Below, in pieces: positions 1 to 10,458 of a stretch of DNA of 64,000 nt. This stretch comes from a candidate division FCPU426 bacterium (GTDB taxonomy: Bacteria > Oederibacteriota > Muellerivitia > Muellerivitales > Muellerivitaceae), in NCBI GenBank assembly GCA_963771075.1, contig CAVYSE010000011.1, positions 416,001 to 480,000 on the forward strand, in the 5' to 3' direction. Made by a program: the position numbers and the translations under genes. The notes beneath the pieces were generated by a model. The model saw only the letters and a list, made by a program, of their open reading frames with translations, was not told where the DNA came from and did not search any database. How positions within the stretch are numbered: position 1 is the first letter of the stretch; the number at the start of each line of letters is the position of its first letter.

Positions 1-1
1 G

Positions 2-946
2 GTCACCGAATTCGCGGGAATCATGAGCGCGGCCCGAATGGCCCATATCTCCCCTTTCCTATCGGTTCCCGTCTCGGCCTTTCTCCTGATTTCGGTGGTC
101 ATGACCGGCAAATACCGCACGGCGGAATATATCGCCCTGGTCTTTTGCCTGACCGACCTGCTCTTTATCCCGGCGGCCTTCATGGCCCATCCCGATTGGG
201 GCGAAATCGCCCGGCAGGTTTTTTCTATCCCTACCCAGTCCATCGATCGTGATTTTATTTTGATCGTGATCGGCTTGATTGGGGCGGTCATCATGCCCTG
301 GATGATCTATTACCAACAAAGCGCTGTGGTGGACAAAAAACTCACCCCCGCCGACCTGCCCTTTGAGCGGGTCGATACGGCCATTGGCGCCATCGTCACC
401 GAGATCATCATGGCGGTCATCGTGATCGCCACCGGGGCGACCCTCTATATCAACCACATCCACGTGGATGACGCCACCCAGGCCGCCCAAGCTCTAATCC
501 CAGTGGCGGGTAAATACGCGGGGTTACTTTTCGCGGTGGGCCTCATCAGCGCCTCTTTTTTGGGCGCGTTTGTGGTGGCGGTTTCCACCGCCTGGGCCTT
601 CGGCGAAACTTTTGGCTGGTCCCACAGCCTGAATCACAGCTTTCCCCAGGCCCGCAAGTTCTATTCTTTTTACGCCGCCGGGGTGGTTCTGGCCGCCTTG
701 ATCGTGTTGATCCCCAACATACCGCTGGTTACCATCACTGTTTTCGTGGAGGTGGGCAACGCGCTTTTATTGCCTATCGTGCTGACATTCCTTCTTCTCC
801 TCACCAACGATAAGAATCTGCTGGGAGACCAGGTGAATGACTGGAAGGCCAACCTGATGGTGGGCGCCACGGGTATTGTGGTGATTTTTCTGGGCATTTT
901 GTCGGTGGTGATGACGCTTCTTCCCAACTGGAACCCCTGGAAATAA
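2..946 (+). CDS. NRAMP/MntH-family divalent metal transporter (5' end truncated by the window edge)
   Basis: Open frame from base 2 (VTEFAGIM...). Multiple TM helices, GAVIMPWMIYYQQS motif, and AVGLISASFLGA segment typical of NRAMP-like proteins. Confidence 0.85.
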   Translation, partial: VTEFAGIMSAARMAHISPFLSVPVSAFLLISVVMTGKYRTAEYIALVFCLTDLLFIPAAFMAHPDWGEIARQVFSIPTQSIDRDFILIVIGLIGAVIMPWMIYYQQSAVVDKKLTPADLPFERVDTAIGAIVTEIIMAVIVIATGATLYINHIHVDDATQAAQALIPVAGKYAGLLFAVGLISASFLGAFVVAVSTAWAFGETFGWSHSLNHSFPQARKFYSFYAAGVVLAALIVLIPNIPLVTITVFVEVGNALLLPIVLTFLLLLTNDKNLLGDQVNDWKANLMVGATGIVVIFLGILSVVMTLLPNWNPWK

Positions 947-1166
947 AGAAACAAGAACCCAGTTCAAAACCTTTTCCGCAAATAACACGAAGACCACGAA
1001 ATAAAATTCTTGGTTTTAGCTATTTTCGTCTTGATTTGAACTTTGTGCTTGTTGTGATCTTTGAGATAAGAATTTTTTGAACTGAATTGACTTCTATGTC
1101 GAAGCGCTCACCTTTCCGATGTTCCCCTCCGCCTTGAAGGTGTAAACTTCCTCCAACCTTTTCGGA

Positions 1167-2519
1167 TTGAAGGAAGCGGATTTGGAACATAAAAGCCCAC
1201 CCATCTTTACCAAAACTAACCTGTTCTGGTTTCTTTTACTTTTCATGGCCGCCTTTTATTTCCGGGTTTACTTCGGCTTGCACTGTCCCTCTATTATCGT
1301 GGATGAGGATGAGGTCCAAACCTACCTGATCGGATTGAAATCCTTCACAACTGGCACCTGGCCCTTTTTCGGTCCCGATATGACCACGGTGTCGACCTAC
1401 CAGGGCCAGATTTGCGGGGCGTTGGAAGGTCTGCTCATCGCCCTCCCCCTTCATCTCTGGTCCAATCCCTTGTCTCCTTATCTTTTCCTGAACTTGCTCT
1501 CCATGGGCGCCTTCGTTTTTCTGGGTTGGTATGGTTGCAAGCGCACGCCCGGCCTTTCACCTTGGTTTATCTTTACTTGGGTTTTCATCGCGCCCTGGGC
1601 CACGCATTACTCCACACAAATCATCAATCCATCCTACGCAGTGGTAGGGGCCTCGCTTTTTTTGGTTGGTTTCATGGAATCGGTGCCCGCTTTAAGCCGG
1701 GAGGCCGTTTCTTCCCGCCTATCAAACGCCCTGATGGGGTTCGGCCTTTTGTGGGTTATGCAATTGCACATGTCTTGGACCATGTTCGTGCCCTTCATGG
1801 CCTATAGTCTTTACACGCAAAAGAAAAATTGGATTTCAGCCCTGGGGTTTGCCTTTTTAGGTGCCCTTCCCATGTTCGCCTTGATCGCGCCGACCTATTG
1901 GACCTATGGTTTCGGTTTGGGGCAGAATATCCATTCCTTTTCATCGGCTTTTAACCGGGATAATCTCTCCCAAATCTTCACCATTTTGGCCCGATTCATG
2001 TCCTATGCCTCTTTTGAACTGCCGAGGTTTTTGGCCGAACATACTCATCAACGGTGGGCCTACCTTAAGGAAAGTCCCTGGCTTCTTGTGCCGGGAGCCT
2101 TTCTTTGGGTGGCGGGCCTTTTTCAAGCCGTGATCTTATGTATTTTCGGTTTCGTGAAAATGGAAGGGAAAGAAGATTGGAAAGCGATCAAGATCATGAC
2201 CTATCTGTTCGTCCTCATTATCTATGTTTTATTCTGGTTTTCTTTACTTCCGCCTGCCTCCAACCGCTTTTATGAAGCTTTCCCCTTCGCGTTTGTTTAT
2301 TCCCTCTATTGTTGGGAATATCTCGCTACCCGAAATTTTTGGAGGGTGCTCGGGGTGGTTTTCCTGATCTTCGGGGTCTGGTTTCAAATTGGATACGCCA
2401 TCAAGACGGATTTATCGGGGAATTCGGTCTATTCCAAATGCCGGGACCAAATGAAGAAGGCGATCGATGCGAGGGATTACCGACTGTTGGCGGACCGCAG
2501 GTCCGGAGCGCTTTATTAA
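1167..2519 (+). CDS. Polytopic membrane protein, probable GT-C fold (ArnT/PMT-like) glycosyltransferase
   Basis: First TM followed by an acidic DEDE loop, about 11 TMs, and NPSY and QLHMS motifs resembling GT39/GT83 proteins. Confidence 0.6.
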   Translation: MKEADLEHKSPPIFTKTNLFWFLLLFMAAFYFRVYFGLHCPSIIVDEDEVQTYLIGLKSFTTGTWPFFGPDMTTVSTYQGQICGALEGLLIALPLHLWSNPLSPYLFLNLLSMGAFVFLGWYGCKRTPGLSPWFIFTWVFIAPWATHYSTQIINPSYAVVGASLFLVGFMESVPALSREAVSSRLSNALMGFGLLWVMQLHMSWTMFVPFMAYSLYTQKKNWISALGFAFLGALPMFALIAPTYWTYGFGLGQNIHSFSSAFNRDNLSQIFTILARFMSYASFELPRFLAEHTHQRWAYLKESPWLLVPGAFLWVAGLFQAVILCIFGFVKMEGKEDWKAIKIMTYLFVLIIYVLFWFSLLPPASNRFYEAFPFAFVYSLYCWEYLATRNFWRVLGVVFLIFGVWFQIGYAIKTDLSGNSVYSKCRDQMKKAIDARDYRLLADRRSGALY

Positions 2520-2595
2520 TTCTCGTTTTAGGAACCTAAGTTTTAACCGCAAGTTCCGGGTGGAATCGGACGCCCAAAAACCCTAGTCTAGGTCT

Positions 2596-3447
2596 ATGCG
2601 GAATCAAGTCCTGAACGAAAAAGACTACCAGCGGATCGAGAAAAGCCTTCTTTACCTTCATGAGCGCCTTTTGGACCAGCCCAAGCTTGAGGATCTGGCT
2701 AGGCAGGCCCGGTTAAGCCCCTTTCATTTCCAAAAAATTTTCAAGCGTTGGGCCGGCATCAGCCCGAAGTCCTACCTGTCCTTCCTGACAGCCCGACGCG
2801 CCAAGACCCTTCTTTCCCAATCCCGAAGCGTTTTGAACGCGGCTTACGACACGGGTCTTTCCTCGCCGGGACGTCTGCATGATTTGATGGTCAAGACCGA
2901 GGCGCTCACACCGGGGGAGATCAAATCGGGTGGGGCGGGGGTAACCATCGAACACTGTTTTTTTGAAAGCCCCTTTGGATTGGCCTTGCTAGGGATCACT
3001 TCGCGAGGCATCTGCCACTTAGGGTTCCCCTCCCGCGAGGAAAAAGAGAAGGCCTTGGAGAGAATGAAACAAAACTGGCCAAAGGCAAAATTCACCGAAA
3101 GCACCCAAAAAATCCGAAAGATGGCGAAAAATCTTTTTAAGCATAACGACAAGCCCCACACAGTCCTACTGAAAGGAAGCCCTTTTCAAATCAAGGTTTG
3201 GGAGGCCTTGCTTCAAATCCCGGAAGGGCGGACCTGGTCTTATGGGGAAGTGGCGAATCGAATTGGAAAACCGAAGGCGGTTCGGGCGGTCGGGACCGCC
3301 GTGGGCGCGAACCATGTGGCCTATCTCATCCCCTGCCACCGAGTGATCCGGGAATCGGGAGCCCTGGGAGGGTACGGGTGGGGGCTTCCCAAAAAGACGG
3401 CCATGCTCACTTGGGAGTCATGTGAATATTTAAAGGAAAACGAGTAA
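2596..3447 (+). CDS. AraC-HTH plus methylated-DNA-protein-cysteine methyltransferase (Ada-like, no N-terminal Zn domain)
   Basis: LSPFHFQKIFKRWAGISP AraC HTH, GSPFQIKVWEAL, SYGEVA, RAVGTA, and the PCHRV active site. Confidence 0.93.
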   Translation: MRNQVLNEKDYQRIEKSLLYLHERLLDQPKLEDLARQARLSPFHFQKIFKRWAGISPKSYLSFLTARRAKTLLSQSRSVLNAAYDTGLSSPGRLHDLMVKTEALTPGEIKSGGAGVTIEHCFFESPFGLALLGITSRGICHLGFPSREEKEKALERMKQNWPKAKFTESTQKIRKMAKNLFKHNDKPHTVLLKGSPFQIKVWEALLQIPEGRTWSYGEVANRIGKPKAVRAVGTAVGANHVAYLIPCHRVIRESGALGGYGWGLPKKTAMLTWESCEYLKENE

Positions 3448-3601
3448 TTTAACCAACATCAAACAAAAAGCCGCCAAGACACAAAGTGAAGGCCGATTGG
3501 GCAAAATCGATTACGATTTTCAGCACAAAGAACGAAAAGAAAATAATCTAATTTTGATTTTTTGATGACAGGGTGTCTTGGTGGTGAAAATTCAGGCTGT
3601 A

Positions 3602-4471
3602 TTACTGGGTGGCAGGGGTGGGTTGAACCGTAGGGGTGATGGAATTGGCCGCTGGTTCAGATGATTCTAATAGATCCTTCGGCAGTGAAGTTGGGGTGGG
3701 TGCGGCCTCTTTGGGAGAGTCGGCATTGGTTTCTTTATCGGCCGAGGGCGATTCGGAAGAGGTTTGCGGGGTTGGGGCCGAAGATGAATCAACAGGAGTT
3801 TCGGCAGGCGGGGCGGGTGTGTTGGTCGGTTCTCCTTTCACGGCGGGTTCCGAATTGTCCGGTTTTGGGGCGTGGGTCGGATGCTTAGCGGGTGACTCGG
3901 TGATCGCAGTAGGCACTTGAGCCTGGGGTGTCGGCGCGCTCAAGTTGGTTTCGGGGGTGACATTGGCCTGGGGTGTGGCCCCGGGGGTAGTCATACCTGG
4001 GGTGGTTTCGCCCGGGGTAATCGAGGTGCTTGCGGTGGCTTGGACCGTTGGAGGGGAATTAAGGTCGATGGGGACCGTGGTATTAGGGGGCGTGGTTGAG
4101 GGCGTCCGATGGGTTAAAAGAACAGCCAGCATTATCAAAATGAGAATTCCCAAGCCGACCCAATAGAAGGTGAGATTTCTGGTACCCTTGGTTTTCTCGG
4201 GAGCCGTTTCGTCATTTGCGGGAGTAAGACTTTTTTCCTCAGGCTTTTGTTCCTTGGGGGCCGAAACCTCTTCTTCAGTGGCCGGAGGGGGAGGTTCTTC
4301 TTCCTTGGATGGGGCTCCTTCCCCTTCGTCGGGTAGGGGCTCTTCCTCAGGAACAGATTTGGCGGCAGGGGTTTCCCCTGCGTGGATGCGCCACAGGGCA
4401 AAATTTAATCCGCATTTGCCGCAAACGGGCGTATGGTCCGGTTGTTCCAAATCGCATTCAGGACATTTCAT
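3602..4471 (-). CDS. Zinc-ribbon, single-TM, Pro/Thr-rich protein
   Basis: N-terminal CPEC...CGKC, acidic linker, one TM (FYWVGLGILILIMLAVLL), and a P/T-rich C-terminus. Confidence 0.75.
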   Translation of the reverse strand: MKCPECDLEQPDHTPVCGKCGLNFALWRIHAGETPAAKSVPEEEPLPDEGEGAPSKEEEPPPPATEEEVSAPKEQKPEEKSLTPANDETAPEKTKGTRNLTFYWVGLGILILIMLAVLLTHRTPSTTPPNTTVPIDLNSPPTVQATASTSITPGETTPGMTTPGATPQANVTPETNLSAPTPQAQVPTAITESPAKHPTHAPKPDNSEPAVKGEPTNTPAPPAETPVDSSSAPTPQTSSESPSADKETNADSPKEAAPTPTSLPKDLLESSEPAANSITPTVQPTPATQ

Positions 4472-4551
4472 GGGGAGATTATAAAGGGATAATTCCGAAG
4501 TGGGATATTCATTTAAGAAGACCCTGAATATTTACTTTAGATGCACAGAGA

Positions 4552-4635
4552 CACATGCCGGCCATCCACGAGACATTAAATGGGGCCGGCATCGTCCCGA
4601 TTTCTTTCGCCTTTTGGGCGATAGGGGGCAGAAAA
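4552..4635. repeat. 84-bp double-hairpin repeat
   Basis: Near-identical to 32387-32470. Confidence 0.85.
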
Positions 4636-4687
4636 GTGCTTCTTTTTTGATTCCAACAAAACCTGAAACCGATATTTAGAGTCGGAC

Positions 4688-5356
4688 TTAATTCAGGATT
4701 TCAATGAAATCCGAAAGCGAATCCACCAACCAGTCGGGATGGGAGGCCGCCAATTGTTCCTTGGGCACGAAACCATGAATCACGATGCCCACCCTCATTT
4801 GCGCGGCTCGGGCGGCCTCCACGTCCACGGTGGAATCCCCGATCATGACGGAACAGGTGGGAGTGGCCTCCAACTTTTTCAGGGCGGTTAAGAGGGGTTC
4901 GGGATGGGGTTTCCGGTTCGTGGTCGCGTCGGCCCCCAAGGCGACCCGGAAATAGGGCGCAAGCCCCAATTTTTCCAGGGTGATCAGCGTTAATTCGTGG
5001 GGTTTGTTGGATACCAGTCCGAGGGGAATATCCCTTTTTTTAAGGCTGTCCAAAAGCTCCATCACTCCCGGGAAAACGGTCGTCTGGTCCACGCAATGGT
5101 CCCGGTAATAGTCTTTCAAGACCTTCAACCCCTCCGCTAGTTTGGCGGGATCTTCCGTTTCCAGGGCCTTGCGATTTAGGTTTTCCACGCCCCATCCGAT
5201 ATAACCCACGATGGTTTCCGGGGGAAGGGCGGGCATGCCAAAGTGAAGGCGCGCCGAATTAGCCGCCGCGGCGATATCTTTTTTGGAATCGATCAGGGTC
5301 CCGTCCAGGTCGAAAAGGACTCCCTCGATTTCTTGGCGTTTGTCGTTGTGACGCAA
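4688..5356 (-). CDS. HAD-family hydrolase, phosphoglycolate phosphatase-like
   Basis: FDLDGTLIDS, VSNK, KPHPEP and MIGDS motifs; AGGAG RBS before a TTG start. Confidence 0.9.
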   Translation of the reverse strand: MRHNDKRQEIEGVLFDLDGTLIDSKKDIAAAANSARLHFGMPALPPETIVGYIGWGVENLNRKALETEDPAKLAEGLKVLKDYYRDHCVDQTTVFPGVMELLDSLKKRDIPLGLVSNKPHELTLITLEKLGLAPYFRVALGADATTNRKPHPEPLLTALKKLEATPTCSVMIGDSTVDVEAARAAQMRVGIVIHGFVPKEQLAASHPDWLVDSLSDFIEILN

Positions 5357-5612
5357 GAAGCCCTCCTGAAGGCGGGCTCATGTTAAAGGGAACGGCTTCT
5401 GGTGTCAAAGTGGCGCCAAAGGGGTATCGAAAGGGGCTGGATTTTTGTATAAAGGAAGAGCCTTGGCTAAAACGACCCCCCCAATATTTAGCCGCCGAAA
5501 CATGGGAACTATTCGGATTAAAACCAAACTTTTAAGATTTTTTGTTTGATCCCTTTAATCCGTTGAATCTGTGGCCCAATCGATTTATTGGGGTTTTAAA
5601 AGGATTAAAACA

Positions 5613-6812
5613 ATGGCGTTAAAGAATCTCCCCCTTCCATCCGGTTTTCTGGCGTCCGGCGTTCACGCCGGTTTAAAAGACCAAGGCGAACTGGACATGG
5701 CCCTCATCTGTTCCAATTTGCCCGCCACCGCCGCCGGGATGGTGACGACCAACCGGGTCAAGGCCGCGCCAGCCCGCCATACCGAAAGGGCGTTGAAAAG
5801 CGGAAGGCCCCTGCGGGCCGTTTTGGTGAACACGAAAAACGCCAACGCGCTCACGGGACGACAGGGTGAAAAGGATGTCCAAGTAACCGTGAATGAGGCC
5901 GCGAGGCTTCTTTCCATTTCTCCCGCCTCCGTCCTGGCCCATTCCACCGGGGTCATCGGCATTCCGCTTCCGATGCCCAAAATCCTAGCGGGTCTCCGAC
6001 AGGCGGTCTTGAAACTTTCCCGTAACGGGGGGATGGACGCGGCACAGGGCATCCTGACCACCGATACTTTCCCGAAATATTCCGCCCAGGCCATGGTCCT
6101 GGGAGGGAAACACGCCTGGCTGACAGGAATCGCCAAGGGTTCGGGAATGATTCATCCCAACATGGCCACCATGCTGGTGTATCTTTTGACCGACGCGAAC
6201 ATCCCGCGGCCGGTCTTGAACCAAGCCTTGCGGGAGGCGGTCGCCCAAAGCTTCCACCGCATCACGGTGGACGGCGATGTGTCCACCAACGACAGCGTCC
6301 TGCTTTTGGCCAATGGAGCCTGCGGGAACAGACCTCTTCGGGCCGCCGACCCAGATTACCAAGTCTTTGTGAATGCCCTTAAAGCCGTCTGCCTCGACCT
6401 GGCGAAAGCGGTCGTGCGGGACGGGGAAGGGGCCACCAAGTTCGTCACCATCACCATCCAGGGCGCCAAGAACGCTTCGGACGCGTTGAAGGCCGGCATG
6501 GCGGTGGCCAAGTCCCCCCTGGTCAAAACCGCTTTGTTCGGGGCGGACCCTAATTGGGGAAGGGTTTTGGCGGCAGTGGGCTATTCGGGAGCGGTGGTGG
6601 AGGAATTCAAAACCTCTATTTCCATCGGGGGTTATCGGCTTTATGACGGCGGCAAAAAAGTGGTTTGGTCACGGGAAAAGCTGAAAAAAATATTGCTCCA
6701 AAAGGATATTCTGATCACCGTGGACTTAAAACTGGGAAAGGGGAAAACCTCCGTTTATACCTGCGACCTGACGGATGGTTACATCGACATCAATGGCCGA
6801 TACACCACGTAA
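5613..6812 (+). CDS. argJ: Ornithine acetyltransferase / N-acetylglutamate synthase
   Basis: STGVIG, TTDT, AKGSGMIHPNMATML, VDGDVSTND, DGEGATK and DPNWGR motifs. Confidence 0.97.
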   Translation: MALKNLPLPSGFLASGVHAGLKDQGELDMALICSNLPATAAGMVTTNRVKAAPARHTERALKSGRPLRAVLVNTKNANALTGRQGEKDVQVTVNEAARLLSISPASVLAHSTGVIGIPLPMPKILAGLRQAVLKLSRNGGMDAAQGILTTDTFPKYSAQAMVLGGKHAWLTGIAKGSGMIHPNMATMLVYLLTDANIPRPVLNQALREAVAQSFHRITVDGDVSTNDSVLLLANGACGNRPLRAADPDYQVFVNALKAVCLDLAKAVVRDGEGATKFVTITIQGAKNASDALKAGMAVAKSPLVKTALFGADPNWGRVLAAVGYSGAVVEEFKTSISIGGYRLYDGGKKVVWSREKLKKILLQKDILITVDLKLGKGKTSVYTCDLTDGYIDINGRYTT

Positions 6813-7851
6813 AAAACCGGGCGCCGAAACAACCAAAAATCCAACCCTGGGCGATGTAGGCGAGTTTGGCTTGATCGAAAAAATAAGATCCGCCGTGAAA
6901 ACCAACAATCCCAACATCCTTCTGGGCATCGGGGATGACGCGGCCCTGTTCAAGACCACCCCGGGCCATGAGATGGTCCTCACCACCGATATGCTGGTGG
7001 AAGGAAAACACTTCGATTTCAAAACCATTTCCCCCTGGCAATTGGGGGCCAAAACCATGGCGGTCAACATTAGCGATTGCGCGGCCATGGGCGCCAAACC
7101 CACGGTGGCGGTCGTGTCCCTGGGGATTCCGACAAACTTTTCCGTACGGGATATCGAGGCCTTTTACGACGGTTTGAACGAATGGGGCGAATCCTACGGG
7201 GCCCAGGTGGTGGGGGGCGACACGGTGGGAAGCGGCCAATTCGTGGTCAATGTTGCCCTGGTGGGGGAAGTCGAGAAGGGGAAGGCCCTGCGCCGGTCCC
7301 GCGCCAAGGCGGGGGACGCCCTTTTTGTCACTGGAACCCTTGGCGATTCGGGGGCGGGTCTCTACGCCTTGCAGCATCCCTCGCCGAAGGGAAAGGAATC
7401 GGAATCCCTGCTGGTCAAAAGGCATCTCTGCCCCGTACCTCGGTTCAACGTGGGCAGGGCCCTGGCGGTGGAGGGCATCGCCAGTTCGGCCATCGACATA
7501 TCGGACGGCCTATCCAGCGAAATTCATCACCTGTGTGAGGAATCCGGTGTGGGGGCGGAGATCCATGAGGAAGCCATCCCCCTTTCCCCGTCACTCTTGC
7601 ATTTTTGTGAGAAACGCGAATTGGACCCCCTGGTTTTCGCCCTCTCGGGAGGGGAAGATTACGAGCTTTTATTCACTGTGCCCCTCCCCAAGATCTCCAA
7701 GGCGGTCCGATTGCCGGGTTCGACCGGGGTGGTGGTCAAGTCCATCGGCCGGATGTTGCCCCAGGCCAAGGGAATCACGATGATCACAAAGAATGGTAGG
7801 AAGATTCCTTTGAAGAAACAGGGCTTCGACCATTTCGCTTCGAAAGCTTGA
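6793..7851 (+). CDS. thiL: Thiamine-monophosphate kinase
   Basis: GEFGLI, GIGDDAA, NISDCAAMGA, GGDT, DISDGL and GGEDYEL motifs. Confidence 0.96.
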   Translation: MADTPRKKPGAETTKNPTLGDVGEFGLIEKIRSAVKTNNPNILLGIGDDAALFKTTPGHEMVLTTDMLVEGKHFDFKTISPWQLGAKTMAVNISDCAAMGAKPTVAVVSLGIPTNFSVRDIEAFYDGLNEWGESYGAQVVGGDTVGSGQFVVNVALVGEVEKGKALRRSRAKAGDALFVTGTLGDSGAGLYALQHPSPKGKESESLLVKRHLCPVPRFNVGRALAVEGIASSAIDISDGLSSEIHHLCEESGVGAEIHEEAIPLSPSLLHFCEKRELDPLVFALSGGEDYELLFTVPLPKISKAVRLPGSTGVVVKSIGRMLPQAKGITMITKNGRKIPLKKQGFDHFASKA

Positions 7852-7869
7852 CCCCGGATTTCCCGTCGG

Positions 7870-9867
7870 CTAGGGCGTGTTGGTCGTTTGTTTGGGAGAC
7901 CAAGGAATCAGCCCTTTTTCTATAAGCTTGTTGGCCAGGATGACGCTGAAAAGGAGATGACCGTTCGCGTTGAAATGGTCGCCTCCATAAATCTCTGAAA
8001 AGGGATGATAAGTTGTCCGCAAGGCCGTGAATTCCGGTGTGAAATCCCCCCAAGTCAAGTTCTCTTCCTTAAAGACGTCCCTCCAAAATCCGATGGAAAG
8101 CAGGGCGGGGTTTTCATTGCCTGTAGGGAGTAAGAAAGGCTGGAATTTAACGGGTTGCCCTCCGGAAGTTCTTGTTTGGGTGAGCTTTTGGTTCAATAAA
8201 CCCAGTGGTTTACCCATCATCTTAATCAAACAGGTTCGGGTATCGGGATCTGTCATCAGCCTGGAATTGTCCACGAAATTGATCTGATCTCCCTTCGTGG
8301 AAATATTGATCCATTTTTTCGCTTTGGCCAGCTCATACATTTTTCGAGGGATTCCGTCCGGTATTTTCTCTTTGTAAGGTTTCAATAGGTATTCGGGGTC
8401 CACCTGGTCCGTGGGAATCCCGTCCGAATCCGTGGGGCGTTGGTAATAGGCGGAAAGGCTGTTCCCGTAGTCCGGGCTCAGCATGAGAAGAGCCAGGTCC
8501 ACGTCGTATTTTTTGACGAGGGGCGGAATTTCATGGCTGGTCCAAACCAATAGGGGGCCCCAGGAAAGTTTCCCGATAAAGAGAACCTCGAAGTTCATGG
8601 GAACATCCCTTAAGGCGGCCTGGGTGTTCAATTCCAGCTCCAGACGTTTTGCCATGGTTTGCATTCGGTTGGAGAAACTTTGCGCCAAATCCTTATGGTC
8701 GTCGTCCAGTGTGAAAAAGGTATGGGAATCCCCCGCCAAAAGGATCCGGAAGGTATGGGGTGGTTTTTTCTCTGGGTATTCAAAATCGCTTGCTCCGTTC
8801 GAGTTGGGGGATCCCGAGTCCAGGAGAGCGTTTAGGAAAAGATCATGAACGGACGTAATGACGTTGCGGTTTGGGTTGGAAATAAAAAACCGTCTTTCGT
8901 TAGTCGGGTCGGCCGTGAAACCAGGGGGAAATTGCTGGCTTAAGTTTAGGAAACAGGGGAGTTTTAAACCATCCGTCGGATCACCCCAAACCGAAACGAA
9001 GGTTACCGGCTCGTTGCGGGGCATCAGCCTTATCATCGGATTTTTGTTGTCGGCTTGCAGGGCGTAAAGATAATTGCCCGAGGCCGATAGAGCCACGATT
9101 TGCTCGCCCGTGCCGGAAGGCAGGAAGGTTACCCCGCCCTGGGCGGTGAGTTGCAGTTGTCCGACCTGGGATAGGGCTTGGTCGGCAACGATTAACTTGT
9201 CATTGAAAAGGCACAGGGCGTTGGGATGGGGAAATTGGGGCTGATCCTTGAAAACCGTGGTGACCTTTTTCGTGTTCAAATCTAGTTTTTGAACCGCTCC
9301 CAGGGCGGGACGGGAAAGATAGAGGGCTTTTCCCTTATCCGAATAGGCGATTGCTCCAACGCCGTCCATGGGCACTTTCAGGGCGTCCCCCTCCGCAAGT
9401 CCACCTTGTCCGTTTCCCGCCAGGGTAGTGACAGTCATTGATTTCAGGTCGATCGAACGGATACGGGCGCTGTCATGGTCGTTGACCAGGAGTAAATCTC
9501 CCGGCAGATATGCCAAACCGGTGGGACGGCTGAACATGGCCTGGGAGACTGGTCCGTCCAGATATCCCTGCGTGCCCGTGCCCGCGAGCGTGGACACTTC
9601 GTTGTCGTGGGCGAGGTCAATCACCCGTATCCGTTCGTTTCCGTAGTCGGCGACATAAAGTCGGGTGCTATCGGAATTGACCGCCAAACCCAAAGGCGCG
9701 TGAAAAAGGGCCGAATCAAAGGAGCCGTCCTGGTAGCCGTCCCCACCTTCGCCGGCCACTAGGCTGTTGTAATGGTAGATGGGACGCAGGCCCCAAGCCT
9801 GCAGTCCGGAGAGAAGAAAGAGCGCCACAAAATAGAAGGTGACCCGGGTGAAATTTGTTTTTCGCAA
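7870..9867 (-). CDS. Secreted NHL-repeat protein with a C-terminal SGNH-like domain
   Basis: Signal-like N-terminus, NHL repeats (FHAPLGLAVN, FSRPTGLAY), RILLAGDSHT and DHFNANGH motifs. Start placed at a TTG after AGGAGAGG. Confidence 0.65.
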   Translation of the reverse strand: MRKTNFTRVTFYFVALFLLSGLQAWGLRPIYHYNSLVAGEGGDGYQDGSFDSALFHAPLGLAVNSDSTRLYVADYGNERIRVIDLAHDNEVSTLAGTGTQGYLDGPVSQAMFSRPTGLAYLPGDLLLVNDHDSARIRSIDLKSMTVTTLAGNGQGGLAEGDALKVPMDGVGAIAYSDKGKALYLSRPALGAVQKLDLNTKKVTTVFKDQPQFPHPNALCLFNDKLIVADQALSQVGQLQLTAQGGVTFLPSGTGEQIVALSASGNYLYALQADNKNPMIRLMPRNEPVTFVSVWGDPTDGLKLPCFLNLSQQFPPGFTADPTNERRFFISNPNRNVITSVHDLFLNALLDSGSPNSNGASDFEYPEKKPPHTFRILLAGDSHTFFTLDDDHKDLAQSFSNRMQTMAKRLELELNTQAALRDVPMNFEVLFIGKLSWGPLLVWTSHEIPPLVKKYDVDLALLMLSPDYGNSLSAYYQRPTDSDGIPTDQVDPEYLLKPYKEKIPDGIPRKMYELAKAKKWINISTKGDQINFVDNSRLMTDPDTRTCLIKMMGKPLGLLNQKLTQTRTSGGQPVKFQPFLLPTGNENPALLSIGFWRDVFKEENLTWGDFTPEFTALRTTYHPFSEIYGGDHFNANGHLLFSVILANKLIEKGLIPWSPKQTTNTP

Positions 9868-9984
9868 GAAACCTCTCCTAAATTTAATAATTTGAAAAAA
9901 CCATATCGCCACAGCCTAATCTTGGAAAGTTGTAGTATAAAAGGTATCGGCCTGAAACCAAACAGAGGGAAAAGGGGAACTTTT

Positions 9985-10458
9985 TTGTTATCCGCGAGCA
10001 TTCTTTGCGAGACCCCTGAACAAACCATCCAATGGGGTCGGTTGATCGGTGAAAAAGTCCTCCCCGGCGAGGTCTGGAGCTTGTCCGGGCCCCTGGGGGC
10101 GGGAAAGACCCTTTGGGTCAAAGGCTTGGCGGAAGGGATGGGAGTGGAAGGCTTGGTCACTTCCCCTACCTTCACCCTGCAGCATATTTACCAGGGCCGG
10201 CTTCCTTTGTTTCATTTTGATTGGTACCGTTTAGAGAGAGCCCAAGAGGTGGAGGATTTGGGCTTCCGTGAATGGGCCGAAAAAGGAGGGGTGGTGGCGG
10301 TGGAATGGGCCGACAAATATCCCTATCTGCTCCCTCCCCATGCCGTGCGATTGCGATTTGAGCCCCTGGGTTCCCTCAGCCGCCGTATCATCGTGGAAGC
10401 CGACGACCCGCAAACAATCCCAAGAATAGAGGAGCTCCTGCGTTGCTGGCCGCTATAG
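9985..10458 (+). CDS. tsaE: tRNA t6A biosynthesis ATPase
   Basis: GPLGAGKT, VTSPTF, HFDWYRL and VEWA motifs. Confidence 0.95.
   Translation: MLSASILCETPEQTIQWGRLIGEKVLPGEVWSLSGPLGAGKTLWVKGLAEGMGVEGLVTSPTFTLQHIYQGRLPLFHFDWYRLERAQEVEDLGFREWAEKGGVVAVEWADKYPYLLPPHAVRLRFEPLGSLSRRIIVEADDPQTIPRIEELLRCWPL

Noticed and set aside
9772..9984. N-terminal extension of TsaE
   Set aside because: It overlaps the divergent gene and its promoter; a TTG at 9985 after a purine-rich RBS gives a normal-length TsaE.
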